Notes: generated from the letters alone by a model not told the origin. A stretch of DNA of 64,000 nucleotides from an uncultured Actinomycetota bacterium (GCA_963829525.1 CAWHIJ010000003.1:1088001-1152000); one strand, 5' to 3'. Positions 41,434 to 53,875 are shown, counted from the first letter of the stretch. Program-made: numbers and translations.

Positions 41434-43050
41434 TCAGGGCGGCGGTGGAGCACTCAGACCATGAGTGGAGCGATCCTTGAGAATCTGCTGACTTGCCAGG
41501 CGCGCGGGAGCACCCGTTACGCAACCACCGGGGTGAGTACCCGAGCCGCACTGGTAGTAGCCCTCGATCGGGGTTCTGTACTGGCTCCACCCGGGTGCTG
41601 GCCGGAAGAAGTAGATTTGCGGCAACAGGTAGTCGCCGGCGTAGATGTTGCCCTCGGACAGGCCCACGACACGCTCGATGTCGAGCGGTGTCACCACCTC
41701 GCGGTGAAGGACGAGATCGCTGAAACCCGGGAAGAACTCCTCGATCGTCCGCTGCACCGTGTCACCGAGGTTGTTGCGCTCGGTGTCCCAGTCGCTGCCC
41801 TTGAGGTGGTACGGCGCATAGGAGACGAAGCACGACATGACGTGCTTGCCGGGAGGGGCCATGTCGGGGTCGAGGAAGGTCTGAAAGCAGGTGTCGAGGT
41901 ACGGACGCTCGCTGTACCAGCCGTACTTGGATGCGTCGTACGCCCGCTCGAGGTACTCGATGGACGGGGAGAAGCTGACGAAGCCGCGGAGGTGGTCGGT
42001 GCGGTCGCCCATGGCCGGGTAGCGCGGGTGGCTGTCGAGGGCGAAGTTGACCTTGGCGCTGGTCCCGTTGAACTGGAACCGATTGATGCTCTCCAGCAGA
42101 TCACTGGGCAGTTCGCGCGGATCAACGAGCTTCGTAAACGTCTGGCGCGGGTCTAGCGCGCTGACTACGACGTCGGCGTGGAACTCGGTTCCGTCCGTGA
42201 GTACGACGCCGACCACCTTGCCGTTCCTGGTCAGTACGTGGTCAACGCGCGAGTTCAGGCGTATGTCGGCGCCGAACGACTCAGCCGCTCGACCGAGCAG
42301 CTGGGTGAATCCGCCGTTGCCGCCCTTGTGGAACGACCATGAGCCGAGGTGACCGTCGTGCTCACCCAGCATCTGCATCAACCAGACCAGACCGGAGCCC
42401 GCTGACATCGGGCCGACCTTGGTGCCGGTCGTGGACGACGCGGCCAGGTAACCCTTGAGGATCTCGCTCTCGAAGTAGCCGTCGAGGAAGTCCGCGACGC
42501 TGCCGGTGATGATCCGGACTGCGTCATGGATGACCTTCTTCGCTGCCGACCCGAGGTGGCCCAGCAGCCACGCGACGTCGCGGGCGTCCTCGGCGGTCCT
42601 CCCGAAGATGTCGGGCGGCATCCGGTCGGACAGCGGGTAAAGAAGCTGGAGGACACGTGCTAGGTCGTGCTCGTAACGGTCCATGGCGTCGGCGTCTCGC
42701 TTGGAGTGCCGCATGATCTCGCGGATGTTCTCGTCACGGTCAGGGCCGAGGAGCAGGTAGTCGCCGTTCTCCATCGGGGCGAACGTGGTCGGCATGTAGA
42801 TGGGGTTGAACCCGAACTTCACCAGCTCAAGCTCCCGAATGACCTCGGGACGGACCAAACTCATCGCGTAGGAGAACGTCGTGAAGCTGAAGCCCTGGTA
42901 GAGCTCCTCGGTGATGGCAGCGCCACCAACAAGGTGTCGCTGCTCGAGGATCAGCGTCTTCAGTCCCGCCTTGGCGAGGTAGGCGCCGTTGACGAGGCCG
43001 TTGTGACCTCCTCCGACAACGATCGCGTCGTAGCGGTGGGCGTCGCTCAT
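41434..43050 (-). CDS. Phytoene dehydrogenase-like FAD/NAD(P) oxidoreductase (COG1233)
   Basis: YDAIVVGGGHNGLV, DPDMAPPGKH, YRTPIEGYYQCGSGTHPGGCVTGAP. Confidence 0.9.
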   Translation of the reverse strand: MSDAHRYDAIVVGGGHNGLVNGAYLAKAGLKTLILEQRHLVGGAAITEELYQGFSFTTFSYAMSLVRPEVIRELELVKFGFNPIYMPTTFAPMENGDYLLLGPDRDENIREIMRHSKRDADAMDRYEHDLARVLQLLYPLSDRMPPDIFGRTAEDARDVAWLLGHLGSAAKKVIHDAVRIITGSVADFLDGYFESEILKGYLAASSTTGTKVGPMSAGSGLVWLMQMLGEHDGHLGSWSFHKGGNGGFTQLLGRAAESFGADIRLNSRVDHVLTRNGKVVGVVLTDGTEFHADVVVSALDPRQTFTKLVDPRELPSDLLESINRFQFNGTSAKVNFALDSHPRYPAMGDRTDHLRGFVSFSPSIEYLERAYDASKYGWYSERPYLDTCFQTFLDPDMAPPGKHVMSCFVSYAPYHLKGSDWDTERNNLGDTVQRTIEEFFPGFSDLVLHREVVTPLDIERVVGLSEGNIYAGDYLLPQIYFFRPAPGWSQYRTPIEGYYQCGSGTHPGGCVTGAPARLASQQILKDRSTHGLSAPPPP

Positions 43051-43163
43051 GGATGAGGGTCTTTCGCTGGAGATTGACGAGGGCAGTCGCATCACAATGG
43101 CAGGTCGTCGCAGTCAAAGCACGGAGGAAGTGGACAAGCAGCAGAAATCGAGAAGCGAACGCA

Positions 43164-43217
43164 GTTCGATGGGGGCCACTACTTCCGGAAGTCGCAACAT
43201 CCACTTCCACGGTGCAC
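43164..43217 (+). repeat. Dispersed att-like repeat, copy B
   Basis: GTTCGATGGGGGCCACTA followed by CTTCCGGA-N10-TCCACTTCCACGGTGCAC. Confidence 0.6.
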
Positions 43218-43315
43218 TCAAAGCTCTTGAGGGAAGCCTCAGGACATCTGTCTCGTTCTGAGCCACGACCGATGCGAGCTCCTCAGGGCCATTCGCTCTG
43301 GGTGTGTTGGGAGGG

Positions 43316-44029
43316 TCAGCCGCCCGCCAGGAATGGGTCGCAGAACCAGAGGTTCGACGGCGCTGATGGGTAGCCGCCGTTCTGCCAGGTGTAGGCAAAC
43401 ATCGTGTTCCAGCCCCCCGGCGGGATGAGTTCTGAGCAGATTGCAACGGCCTCGGGTTGTGTGTCCGCGGTAACGATCTCAACAGTGAGGATCGGGTCCC
43501 CGGTGCACGTGCCGTCCTTCGACGCGTAAAAGGCGCCGTTACCCACTGTGTTCTCGGGACCGATGTACTTCACGTCTTCCGTTATCTGTCCGTCGTAGAA
43601 GCCCGCCCAGCACTGGCCGAACGCGGCACCCTGACTGGTGACTGAGTAGACCGTGACGTAGGAGATGTTTCGAGGAACTCCATTGGCGTTGGTGATGGTC
43701 GTGTTTGCCCCCAAGATGCCCGAGCCCGCTTGCGTCCGGGTCCCCGCCTTCAGGCACCACGCCGCGTCGGTCAGCGTGGTCGATCCATCGATTGGCGCGA
43801 TGGAAAGTGTCGATGCCATCACTCTCACCGTGACCGGAATCTTGTCGCCGGTGCGTGTGTCGACTACAGATACCGTGGCTGGGCTGTCGCTGGCGCTGAC
43901 CTTCGCACCGCCCTTCGGACACTGAGCGGAGGTTGCCCCTTGCGCGGCCGACCACGGTGTGAGGGCCAGTGCGAACAGCAGCCCCAGCGCCGCCACAACC
44001 ACACTCCGGTAGCGAATGTTCTGGACCAT
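43316..44029 (-). CDS. Hypothetical secreted two-domain Cys-containing protein
   Basis: Signal peptide VVVAALGLLFALALTPWSAAQG; six Cys; WCLKAGT..NISYVTVY segment. Confidence 0.65.
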   Translation of the reverse strand: MVQNIRYRSVVVAALGLLFALALTPWSAAQGATSAQCPKGGAKVSASDSPATVSVVDTRTGDKIPVTVRVMASTLSIAPIDGSTTLTDAAWCLKAGTRTQAGSGILGANTTITNANGVPRNISYVTVYSVTSQGAAFGQCWAGFYDGQITEDVKYIGPENTVGNGAFYASKDGTCTGDPILTVEIVTADTQPEAVAICSELIPPGGWNTMFAYTWQNGGYPSAPSNLWFCDPFLAGG

Positions 44030-44322
44030 CGGTACCACTCTCCTTTGCGACCAGCCCATCTACGCCCGAAGCGCCCAAGCGGAGACTATTTGATCTCCGC
44101 CGACCACAGAAGGGTTTCCATCGTGCCAACCACCTTGTCGCTTGGTTTTCGGTTCTCGAGCGAACGTGGTTGATCTAGCTGTGGAAGCTGGTGAGAAGCA
44201 AAACGTCAGTCGCTGCTTGAGGGGTTTCGCGATGTGTGTGCTTCTGAAGGAGACCAGCGTGTCGGTAGGAACTCCCGTCGTCTTGGGGTGAGGATCGGTA
44301 CAGGACCAATGTGCGAGGGAGA

Positions 44323-45465
44323 ATGACCGTGGCTGGCGACATCACAGACCTGACCGAGCTGGCGTTCGAGGGTGGGACGCCTTTGACGACAACACCGGTC
44401 CTCGGGACACCCCCCGCGGCACTGGCCCCAACGTTGGAGCCAGGGGTCGAGACGGTGCGAGATGGCGACATCCGGGTCACGGTGCTGGGATCGGGGGACC
44501 CGTTCGTGAAGAAGAGCCAGGCATCTGCGTCCTTGCTGATTGAGGTGGGCAACCCAGAGCGGGACTTGTTCTTCTTCGATCTCGGGTCGGGGGCTTTGGC
44601 GAACTACAACGGACTCGGGCTACCGGTGACGGCGACCACGAAGGTCTTCCTGACGCACCTGCATGCCGACCACGTAGGCGATATGCCAACGCTGGTGTGG
44701 AGCCTGGCCAAGGGCGGCCGCCGCGACCCAGTCGAGGTCTGGGGGCCGGCCGGAGATGCCCCTGAGCTCGGCACCCGGTCATACACCCAACATCTCGAGG
44801 CGGCTCACGCCTGGGACATGCAGTCACTGCGCGGTCACCCCGGCCAGTCTGGCGCACACATGGAGACCACCGAGGTGCCGTGGGACCGGACCGCGACCGT
44901 CTACCAGCGCAACGGCATACAGATCTCGTCGTTCCCCGTGATCCACATCCTCAACGGGTCGGTGGGGTATCGGCTGGACTACAACGGCCGCAGCGTGGTG
45001 TTCTCCGGTGACACCCGCCCCTGTCACCCCCTGGTCGAGGCGTGCGACGGCGCCGACCTCCTCATCCACGAGACGTTTCCCTCCGCCCCGGTGTTCGCCC
45101 AGAAGGCCGGGGTTCCGCTGGGGTTCGCCGAACAGGTTGTCAACGGCTCGCACACCAGCCCCCTCATGGCCGGCAAAGTGTTCGCTCGAGCCGGAGCGAG
45201 GATGTCAGTGATGTGGCACTTCGCCGTCGACCACGAGACCGTCGGTCCGGCCTACGCCGACATGCGCTCTCAGTATGACGGGCCGGTCACCATCGCTCAG
45301 GACCTCACGACGTTCGACATCAGTACCGACGCCTTCGTCACACGACAGGCGATCATCGACCCGGCGGCGTGGCCGGTGCTCGGCCCGACCAAGGTTTTGG
45401 GGCCGCCGATGTCAGCACCTCCCGAGCCACCAGCCTGGTGGGCCGACGCACTCATCACAGACTGA
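44323..45465 (+). CDS. MBL-fold metallo-hydrolase (RNase Z/AtsA-like, GntH-like)
   Basis: VTVLGSG, FDLGSG, THLHADH, FSGDT, DLLIHE, SHTSP. Confidence 0.88.
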   Translation: MTVAGDITDLTELAFEGGTPLTTTPVLGTPPAALAPTLEPGVETVRDGDIRVTVLGSGDPFVKKSQASASLLIEVGNPERDLFFFDLGSGALANYNGLGLPVTATTKVFLTHLHADHVGDMPTLVWSLAKGGRRDPVEVWGPAGDAPELGTRSYTQHLEAAHAWDMQSLRGHPGQSGAHMETTEVPWDRTATVYQRNGIQISSFPVIHILNGSVGYRLDYNGRSVVFSGDTRPCHPLVEACDGADLLIHETFPSAPVFAQKAGVPLGFAEQVVNGSHTSPLMAGKVFARAGARMSVMWHFAVDHETVGPAYADMRSQYDGPVTIAQDLTTFDISTDAFVTRQAIIDPAAWPVLGPTKVLGPPMSAPPEPPAWWADALITD

Positions 45466-45627
45466 TCGCACGCATTCGCCCATTTCGCAGGTTTACTCCT
45501 GGGTGAGTGATCACGGCATGGGCACGTCGCCGGCGATCAGTAAGGCGTGCCATAGGGCCCTCCCTTCTCGCAGCCTGGCGTTACATGATGACCACGTACG
45601 AATGTGATCCAGTGATGCGGAGGGCAC

Positions 45628-46074
45628 GTGCCGTCTGTGCGCGACTTCCTCGAGCGGCTGCGTCCCAGTGGGACGCCAGGTGCCGCGACGGTCTCGGCCG
45701 TGCCTGCCGACCGCGTGGGGGAGCGATCCGCCGAGCTCGAGCCGGTACTGGCTCGGCTGCAGGCCGTGCAGGCCCAGGCATCTGCCATCCGAGACAGGGC
45801 CGAGGTCGTGGCGCAGCAGCGGAAGGACGCGGCGGCCGAGGAGGCTCGCGCGATCGTGGCAGCGGCACATCGTGAGGCCGAGGCGGAGCGGCAATCGGCG
45901 ACGGCCACAACGCGTGCCCGGGCCGAGTCGGAGTCGCGTGACCTCCTTGTGGACGCGGCCCGAGAGGCCTCAGCGGTAGCCCAGACCGCCAGCAACCGCC
46001 AGTCGAGCTTCGCCGACCGCGTGCTGTCGCGGGCGCGGGCCGACATCGCCGACATCATTGGTAGTGCGCCGTGA
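45628..46074 (+). CDS. A/V-ATPase peripheral stalk subunit H/G-like coiled-coil protein
   Basis: Ala/Glu/Arg-rich helix (AEEARAIVAAAHREAE); first gene of the operon, coupled by a GTGA overlap. Confidence 0.65.
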   Translation: MPSVRDFLERLRPSGTPGAATVSAVPADRVGERSAELEPVLARLQAVQAQASAIRDRAEVVAQQRKDAAAEEARAIVAAAHREAEAERQSATATTRARAESESRDLLVDAAREASAVAQTASNRQSSFADRVLSRARADIADIIGSAP

Positions 46075-46992
46075 GTGCGGGATGGGTCGCCAGCGGGGTC
46101 CGGGCGCGTGCGATGTCAGGCCGCCGAGTGGGAGCTGCTGCTGCCCGCCAGCTTGCATCGGTGCCTGGACTGGCCGAAGCGGTGGACGAGCTCGCCGGGA
46201 CGCCGTATGGGCACGTAGTTCGGCCGGGTCAGACGCTCGCCGAGGCACAGCACGCGGTCTCGGCAACTTTGTTGTGGCATCTGCGAGTACTCGGTGGATG
46301 GGTGCCGCACGGTGACGCCCGGATCCTGCGGGTACTGGCCGGCGGATTCGAGATCGCCAATACCGACGAGAGGTTGCGCGAGCTGGGTGGGGCCGCGGCC
46401 GAACCCGCCTTTCAGCTGGGAACGCTGAGCACGGCGTGGAACCGCATCGCGTTGGCACGGTCACCCGCACATGTTCGCGAGGCTCTCACCAGGTCGGTCT
46501 GGGGAGATCCTGGCGCCGAGACCGCCGCCGCCGTGCATCTCGGAATGCGGCTGTCCTGGGCTGCCCGTGTCACTGCCGCCGTGCCGGATGCTCGCCCGTG
46601 GGCCGGAGGAGCGGCTGCGCTTCTCCTGGCTCGTGAGGTGGTCCTGGCGGGGCGGCGACCGACCGCCGAGGCGGTGCGGGTCGCCGGGTCGTTGCTCGGT
46701 TCGACCTGGGTCGCTGCGACCTCGGTGGCGAGTCTTAGGGCGGCGCTGCCGCACCCTGCTCGCTGGGCTCTGGACGCTGTCCAGGACCCGACCGATCTGT
46801 GGCGGGCGGAGGCGGCTTGGTGGTTGCGGGTGGAGCGGGACGGCTTCGCACTGCTGCGCGGGCCCGTCACGACCGCCGCGCCGGTGATCGGAATGGCGGC
46901 GGTCCTTGCGGCGGACGCTTGGCGGGTGCGCGCCGCATTGGCCGTGGCCGCCCGCGGAGGCGCACTGACGCCCGAGGCTCTGGAGGCGTTCG

Positions 46993-47006
<14 letters not shown>
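46071..47006 (+). CDS. atpC: A/V-ATPase subunit C (V0d/AC39-like), divergent
   Basis: N-terminal VRARAM..RR, LAGTPYG; position directly before subunit I. Confidence 0.65.
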
Positions 47007-48851
<1,845 letters not shown>

Positions 48852-48852
48852 C

Positions 48853-49065
48853 ATGAGCCGCGTCGCCGTGATCGGGGAGTCCGTCCGGGTTGAGGGTTTC
48901 GGGCTCGCGGGTGTCCTGGTTCTTCCTGGGGACGACCCGGACGAGGTGCGCAACAGCTGGGCGACGCTGCCGACGGATGTGGCCGTTGTCGTTCTCACGC
49001 AGTCGGCGGCGGCACTTCTCGACGACGAGCGACGCGATCGCCTGACGGTGGTGATGCCCCCGTGA
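48853..49065 (+). CDS. atpF: A/V-ATPase subunit F (short)
   Basis: RVAVIGE..VEGFGLAGV, VAVVVLT. Confidence 0.85.
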   Translation: MSRVAVIGESVRVEGFGLAGVLVLPGDDPDEVRNSWATLPTDVAVVVLTQSAAALLDDERRDRLTVVMPP

Positions 49066-49589
49066 CGATTCGTGCCTCCGACCTCCAGGTTGATCCGCTC
49101 GCCGTGGTTCGGGGAGCTCTCCTCGACAACGCCCGCCGTGACGCCGCCGCCACCGTCGCGGACGCCGATGCCGCCGCCGCCTCGATCGTGGCCCAAGCGC
49201 GTGCGGAGGCAAATGCGCTGCTGACTGAGGCTCGATCCCGAGGGGAGGCCGATGGAGCCGTGGTGCTCGCGGCGGAGCGGTCCCGATCTGCCCGCGAGGC
49301 GCGTGGCTTGGTGCTGGCCGAGCGTCGGGCTGCCTACGATTCACTGCGCCAGCGAGCCCGCGACCTGGTCTCCGCGCTGCGCGAGGACCCTTCTTACCCG
49401 GCTCTGCTCGAGGCGCTGCGCCAGCGGGTGTCTCAGGAACTTGGCCCCGACGCAACAATGCGTGAGCACGAACGAGGCGGCATCGTCGGGGAGTCCGAGG
49501 GGCGACGCGTGGTGTACACACTGGACGACCTCGCCGACGGCATCGTCGACCAGCTCGGCGACGATCTCGATGGGCTCTGGGCGTCGTGA
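49062..49589 (+). CDS. atpE: A/V-ATPase subunit E
   Basis: N-terminal coiled coil and C-terminal GGIVGESEGRRVVYTLD. Confidence 0.82.
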   Translation: MTIRASDLQVDPLAVVRGALLDNARRDAAATVADADAAAASIVAQARAEANALLTEARSRGEADGAVVLAAERSRSAREARGLVLAERRAAYDSLRQRARDLVSALREDPSYPALLEALRQRVSQELGPDATMREHERGGIVGESEGRRVVYTLDDLADGIVDQLGDDLDGLWAS

Positions 49590-51346
49590 CCGACCAGGGC
49601 CTGAGGGCCGCCACGACACAGGGACGGATCGTCCGGGTGAACGGTCCACTTGTCGAGGTCGAAGGACTTGTTGGTGCAGCGATGTCGGAGGTGGTCGAGC
49701 TCGGCCCGCTGTCCATACCCGGGGAACTGGTCGCCTACTCCGACGGCGTCGCGACCATCCAGGCGTACGAGTACACCGGGGGCTTGGGACCTGGGACGGT
49801 GGCCGTTGCGCAGGGTGAGCCGCTGTCGGCACCGCTCGGACCGCACCTGCTTGGTGGGGTCTTCGACGGTCTGCTACGACCGCTGTCCGGAGCAGGGACA
49901 TGGCTGACCCCGGGGGCTGCCCAACCGACCGACTCCCGAACGTGGGCGTTCGAACCGGAGGTGCTCCCCGGTGGCCACGTCGTCGCCGGCGACACGGTGG
50001 GACTGGTGCACGGAGACGGATCGTTGCCGCTGCGTGTGCTCGTTCCACCAGGTGTCGAGGGCTCCGTCGACGTGCTCGCCCCGTCTGGCGAGTACGGAGC
50101 CGACGCCAGACTGGCGGTCATCGGTGGGGACCCGATCGGGATGACGCAGCGGTGGCCGGTGCGCCGTCCTCGTCCCTACCGCAGTCGGGTCGACGGAAGT
50201 GAGCCGCTGGTGACCGGACAGCGTGTACTCGATCTGCTGTACCCGGTGGCCCTCGGCAGCACAGCCGCAGTTCCCGGGGGCTTTGGCACCGGCAAAACCG
50301 TGCTGCTGCAGCAGGTTGCCAAGTGGTGCACCGCCGACGTCATCGTGTACGTGGGGTGCGGGGAACGCGGCAACGAGATGGCCGACGTCGTCGCCGAGAT
50401 CGCTGAACTGGTGGACCCGCGCACCGGCGGGCGGTTGGCGAACCGGACCGTTGTCGTGGCGAACACCTCAAACATGCCGATGATGGCCCGCGAGTCCAGC
50501 GTCTATGCCGGCATGACGGTGGCGGAGTACTTCCGCGACATGGGGCTGAACGCGGTGGTGATCGCCGACTCGACCTCGCGGTGGGCTGAGGCGTTGCGTG
50601 AGTTCGCGTCTCGCTCCGGCGCGCTGCCCGCGGAAGAGGGTTACCCCGCCGGGCTCGGATCAGCGTTGGCTGCGTTCTACGAACGGGCCGGACACGTCGT
50701 CACGCTGGGAGGAGCCCGGGGCTCGGTGACGGTGATCGGCGCGATCTCCCCGCAGGGAGGTGACGTCACCGAGCCGGTGACGGCCAACACCGAACGGTTC
50801 GTGCGCAGCGTGTGGTCACTCGATCGCGACCTGGCCTATGCCCGTCACTACCCGGCCGTGTCGTGGACGACATCGTTCTCCCGGGATGCCGCGTTGATCG
50901 GCGCGTGGCACGCGGGGAAGGGCAACCCGGAGTGGGCGCGCCGGCGGGGTCGGGTTCTTGGCTTGGTCGCCGATGCCGACCGGTTGGCCGCGCTCGCCGA
51001 CCTCGTCGGCGTGGCCTCGCTGCCCGGAGCCGAGCGAATGGTCTTGATCGCCGGCAGGCTGCTCCGCGAGGCGGTCCTGCAGCAGAGCGCACTGTCGGCC
51101 GCCGACGCATCGTGCTCGCCGGAGAAGGGGGCCGCACTCGTCGATGCCGTGCTCACCGTGCTCGACCGCTGCCAAGGTTTGGTCGAGCGGGGGGTGCTGG
51201 CCTCCTTGGTGGAGAACGTCGATTGGGGACCACTGATGCGTGCACGCGATGAGACTGCGTCCACCGACGTCGCCGGCGTCGAGGCACGGCGCGACACCGT
51301 CCTGGCAACTCTGGACCAGCTCGTACCGGGCGAGGTCGAGTCATGA
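49586..51346 (+). CDS. atpA: A/V-ATPase catalytic subunit A
   Basis: [65 protein letters not shown]. Confidence 0.97.
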   Translation: MTDQGLRAATTQGRIVRVNGPLVEVEGLVGAAMSEVVELGPLSIPGELVAYSDGVATIQAYEYTGGLGPGTVAVAQGEPLSAPLGPHLLGGVFDGLLRPLSGAGTWLTPGAAQPTDSRTWAFEPEVLPGGHVVAGDTVGLVHGDGSLPLRVLVPPGVEGSVDVLAPSGEYGADARLAVIGGDPIGMTQRWPVRRPRPYRSRVDGSEPLVTGQRVLDLLYPVALGSTAAVPGGFGTGKTVLLQQVAKWCTADVIVYVGCGERGNEMADVVAEIAELVDPRTGGRLANRTVVVANTSNMPMMARESSVYAGMTVAEYFRDMGLNAVVIADSTSRWAEALREFASRSGALPAEEGYPAGLGSALAAFYERAGHVVTLGGARGSVTVIGAISPQGGDVTEPVTANTERFVRSVWSLDRDLAYARHYPAVSWTTSFSRDAALIGAWHAGKGNPEWARRRGRVLGLVADADRLAALADLVGVASLPGAERMVLIAGRLLREAVLQQSALSAADASCSPEKGAALVDAVLTVLDRCQGLVERGVLASLVENVDWGPLMRARDETASTDVAGVEARRDTVLATLDQLVPGEVES

Positions 51347-52746
51347 CCGGCTGGGGAGTCGTCGAGCACGCATCGATCGGGGAGCTGCGCGGTCCGCTGA
51401 TCGTGGTGCAGGATGTCGACGGAGTCGGCTGGGACGAGTTCGTGACGGTGCGCGTCGCCGGCGCAGCGGACCGTCACGGGGTGGTCCTCGAGGTCGACCG
51501 TGACCTTGCTGTCGTCCAGGTGCTCGAAGGCACCCAGGGTCTGAACCCCCACCAGACCCGGGTGCGGTTCAGCGGGGCGCCGTTGCGGGTACCGGTGGGA
51601 GAAGGATGGCTAGGGCGCGTCTGCAACGGACGGGGCTCGCCGCTCGACGGAGGACCGCCGGTCCTGGGGAGTGCGTCGGAGCTCACGACGGGAGCTCCGC
51701 TGAACCCGCTGATGCGCGAACCACCCGCGGATCCGGTCCTCACCGGAATCTCGGCCATTGACGGAATGGCGACTCTGGTGCGCGGGCAGAAGCTGGCGGT
51801 GTTCTCGGTCGCAGGGCTTCCGCACCTGGAGCTGGCCACGCAGATTGCCGCGCAGGCCACCGCTGGGGACGACCCATTCTGCGTGGTCTTCGCGGGGATG
51901 GGGCTGACCCACGCAGACGCCTCAGCGGCACGCGACGTACTCGACGAACGCTCCCGGGCCGGCGAGCTCGTGCTCCTTCTGAACTCCGCCGACGACCCAG
52001 TCATCGAGCGCATCCTGACCCCGCGGATCGCGCTCACCGTCGCTGAGCACCTGGCTTTCACAACCGGACGGCACGTCTTGGTGGTCATGGCCGACATGAC
52101 GAGCTACGCCGAAGCGCTGCGTGAGGTGTCCGCGGCCCGGGGGGAGATACCGGCGCGGCGCGCCTACCCCGGCTACATGTACAGCGACCTTGCATCGCTG
52201 TACGAACGCTGCGGGCGGGTGCGCGGACTTCCAGGCTCGGTCACCGTCCTTCCTGTGCTCACCATGCCCGCTGGTGACATCACGCACCCGGTGCCCGACC
52301 TCACCGGCTACATCACCGAGGGCCAGCTCGTGCTGGCAGCCGATATTCATGCCCGCGGTGTCTACCCGCCGATCGATCCGCTGGACTCACTCTCCCGGCT
52401 GATGCGCAACGGTGCCGGCCCGGGGCGCACGCGCAAGGACCACCTCGACCTCGCCGCACAGCTTCTCGCTGCCCTGGCGCGAGCCCGCCAGGCGGGGGAG
52501 CTGTCGGACATGGTGGGGACTGATGCGCTGAGTGGCACCGACCGGCAGTACCTGGACTACCAGAAGGCGTTCGAGCACCGCTTGCTCGACCAGGGGCGTG
52601 CCGAGGACCGAAGCCTTGACCAGACCCTGGACCTGGCCTGGCAAATCCTCGGCGAGCTGCCGCGACGCGAGCTCACCATGCTCCCCGCCACGCTCGTCGC
52701 CGAGCACGACGCGTCTCGAGATGCCGAGCGGGGGAGAGCACCATGA
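51343..52746 (+). CDS. atpB: A/V-ATPase subunit B
   Basis: TGISAIDG..TLVRGQKL, PRIALTVAEHLA, DMTSYAEALRE, DITHPVPDLTGYITEGQ, SLSRLM. Confidence 0.97.
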   Translation: MTGWGVVEHASIGELRGPLIVVQDVDGVGWDEFVTVRVAGAADRHGVVLEVDRDLAVVQVLEGTQGLNPHQTRVRFSGAPLRVPVGEGWLGRVCNGRGSPLDGGPPVLGSASELTTGAPLNPLMREPPADPVLTGISAIDGMATLVRGQKLAVFSVAGLPHLELATQIAAQATAGDDPFCVVFAGMGLTHADASAARDVLDERSRAGELVLLLNSADDPVIERILTPRIALTVAEHLAFTTGRHVLVVMADMTSYAEALREVSAARGEIPARRAYPGYMYSDLASLYERCGRVRGLPGSVTVLPVLTMPAGDITHPVPDLTGYITEGQLVLAADIHARGVYPPIDPLDSLSRLMRNGAGPGRTRKDHLDLAAQLLAALARARQAGELSDMVGTDALSGTDRQYLDYQKAFEHRLLDQGRAEDRSLDQTLDLAWQILGELPRRELTMLPATLVAEHDASRDAERGRAP

Positions 52747-53375
52747 CTGCAAAACTGCGGGGTCTGCCACCGGGGCGCGCCGGCCGGGTGTGGCTGCGGC
52801 GACGGCTCGTCGTGGCTGCGCGTGGAGCGGACCTCCTCGAACGCAAGCTGCGCATTATCGTTGGCGAGGAACAGAGCTTCGCCCTCCTGGCCGAGCGAAC
52901 CAAGGTCGAGTGGGACGACGCTGTGCGCAACCTCGAGCAATGGACCCTGCGGGCTTCGCTGCTCAGCGGCGAGCGAGGGTTGCGGCTAGCCGGCGACGAT
53001 TCGCACGCTGAAGTCGAGGTGGTTTGGCGGCTGACGATGGGAGTGCGGTATCCCGCGGGGGGCACCTGTCAGCTGCCTGCCCGATCATTGTCGCGAGCGG
53101 TTCCGGACAACACTGCGTTGGTACATGCCGCCGCCGCCGCCGAACGGGCGGTGCGCGCCGGGGTCGACCACGCGGTCGCTGTCGCCGCGCTAGCTGCAAT
53201 GCAGGAGGAGATCGCCTCAACTCGGCGCCAGCTGCGAGCGGTGCGTGACCGATGGATCCCACGGTTAGAAGCGGCCCATCGCGCGGTGACTGTCGCGCTG
53301 GACGACCAGGAGCACGACGAGGGAATCCGTCTGCGTTGGGCGGCCGAGCTGACTCCACGAAGGGCGATTCGATGA
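52743..53375 (+). CDS. atpD: A/V-ATPase subunit D
   Basis: LRRRLVVAARGADLLERK, MGVRYP, EIASTRRQLRAV...IPRL. Confidence 0.9.
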   Translation: MTAKLRGLPPGRAGRVWLRRRLVVAARGADLLERKLRIIVGEEQSFALLAERTKVEWDDAVRNLEQWTLRASLLSGERGLRLAGDDSHAEVEVVWRLTMGVRYPAGGTCQLPARSLSRAVPDNTALVHAAAAAERAVRAGVDHAVAVAALAAMQEEIASTRRQLRAVRDRWIPRLEAAHRAVTVALDDQEHDEGIRLRWAAELTPRRAIR

Positions 53376-53836
53376 AGAACATCCTGCTTGCTGTCGACGA
53401 CTCACCAGCGAGTCTGGCAGCGGCTCAGTTGGCGGTGCGGTTGGTCTCTGAGTGGGCGGGGCGGCTTCGAGCCGTGCACGTCCTGGTCGATGGGGCGTTG
53501 GAAGCTGTGCTCGAGCGCGAAGCCTCCAGCGGTGGAGTTCATGGGCGCCGAGCTCGTGGGGCCAACGCTGTCCTCGCGTTCGTCGCGGACCTCGCAGATC
53601 ACGCCGGTGTCCCCGTGGAAACGACGGTGGTCGCGGGAGAGCCGGCCCGGAGCATCCTGGCCGAGGCCCACGGCTGGCCAGCCGAGCTCATCGTCCTGGG
53701 TGGTGCCGGACGTGGGCTTGATGGTGAGCCGTACATTGGGTCAGCGGTGAGTCGGGTTCTGGAGTTCGCAGATGTGCCGGTCTTGGTGGTGCCGCCCGGT
53801 GGTCGGCCTTCGCAAGACGCACACGCCCGCGCCTGA
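53372..53836 (+). CDS. Universal stress protein
   Basis: MKNILLAVDDSPAS, GEPARSIL, LIVLG..G, IGSAVSRVL..PVLVVP; ATGA overlap with atpD. Confidence 0.9.
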   Translation: MKNILLAVDDSPASLAAAQLAVRLVSEWAGRLRAVHVLVDGALEAVLEREASSGGVHGRRARGANAVLAFVADLADHAGVPVETTVVAGEPARSILAEAHGWPAELIVLGGAGRGLDGEPYIGSAVSRVLEFADVPVLVVPPGGRPSQDAHARA

Positions 53837-53875
53837 CATGGTGGAATGCAGGCATTCGTATGGATGGAGAACACC

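Noticed and set aside
41434-43050. Carotenoid desaturase crtI paired with the glycosyltransferase
   Set aside because: No crtB or crtE nearby, the genes are convergent, and the sequence fits the broader COG1233 oxidoreductases.
43160-43185. tRNA gene
   Set aside because: Only a degenerate fragment; no cloverleaf can be drawn.
19370-43217. CRISPR array or integron attC array
   Set aside because: The repeats are few, irregularly spaced and lack attC R/L box symmetry; there is no cas or intI gene.
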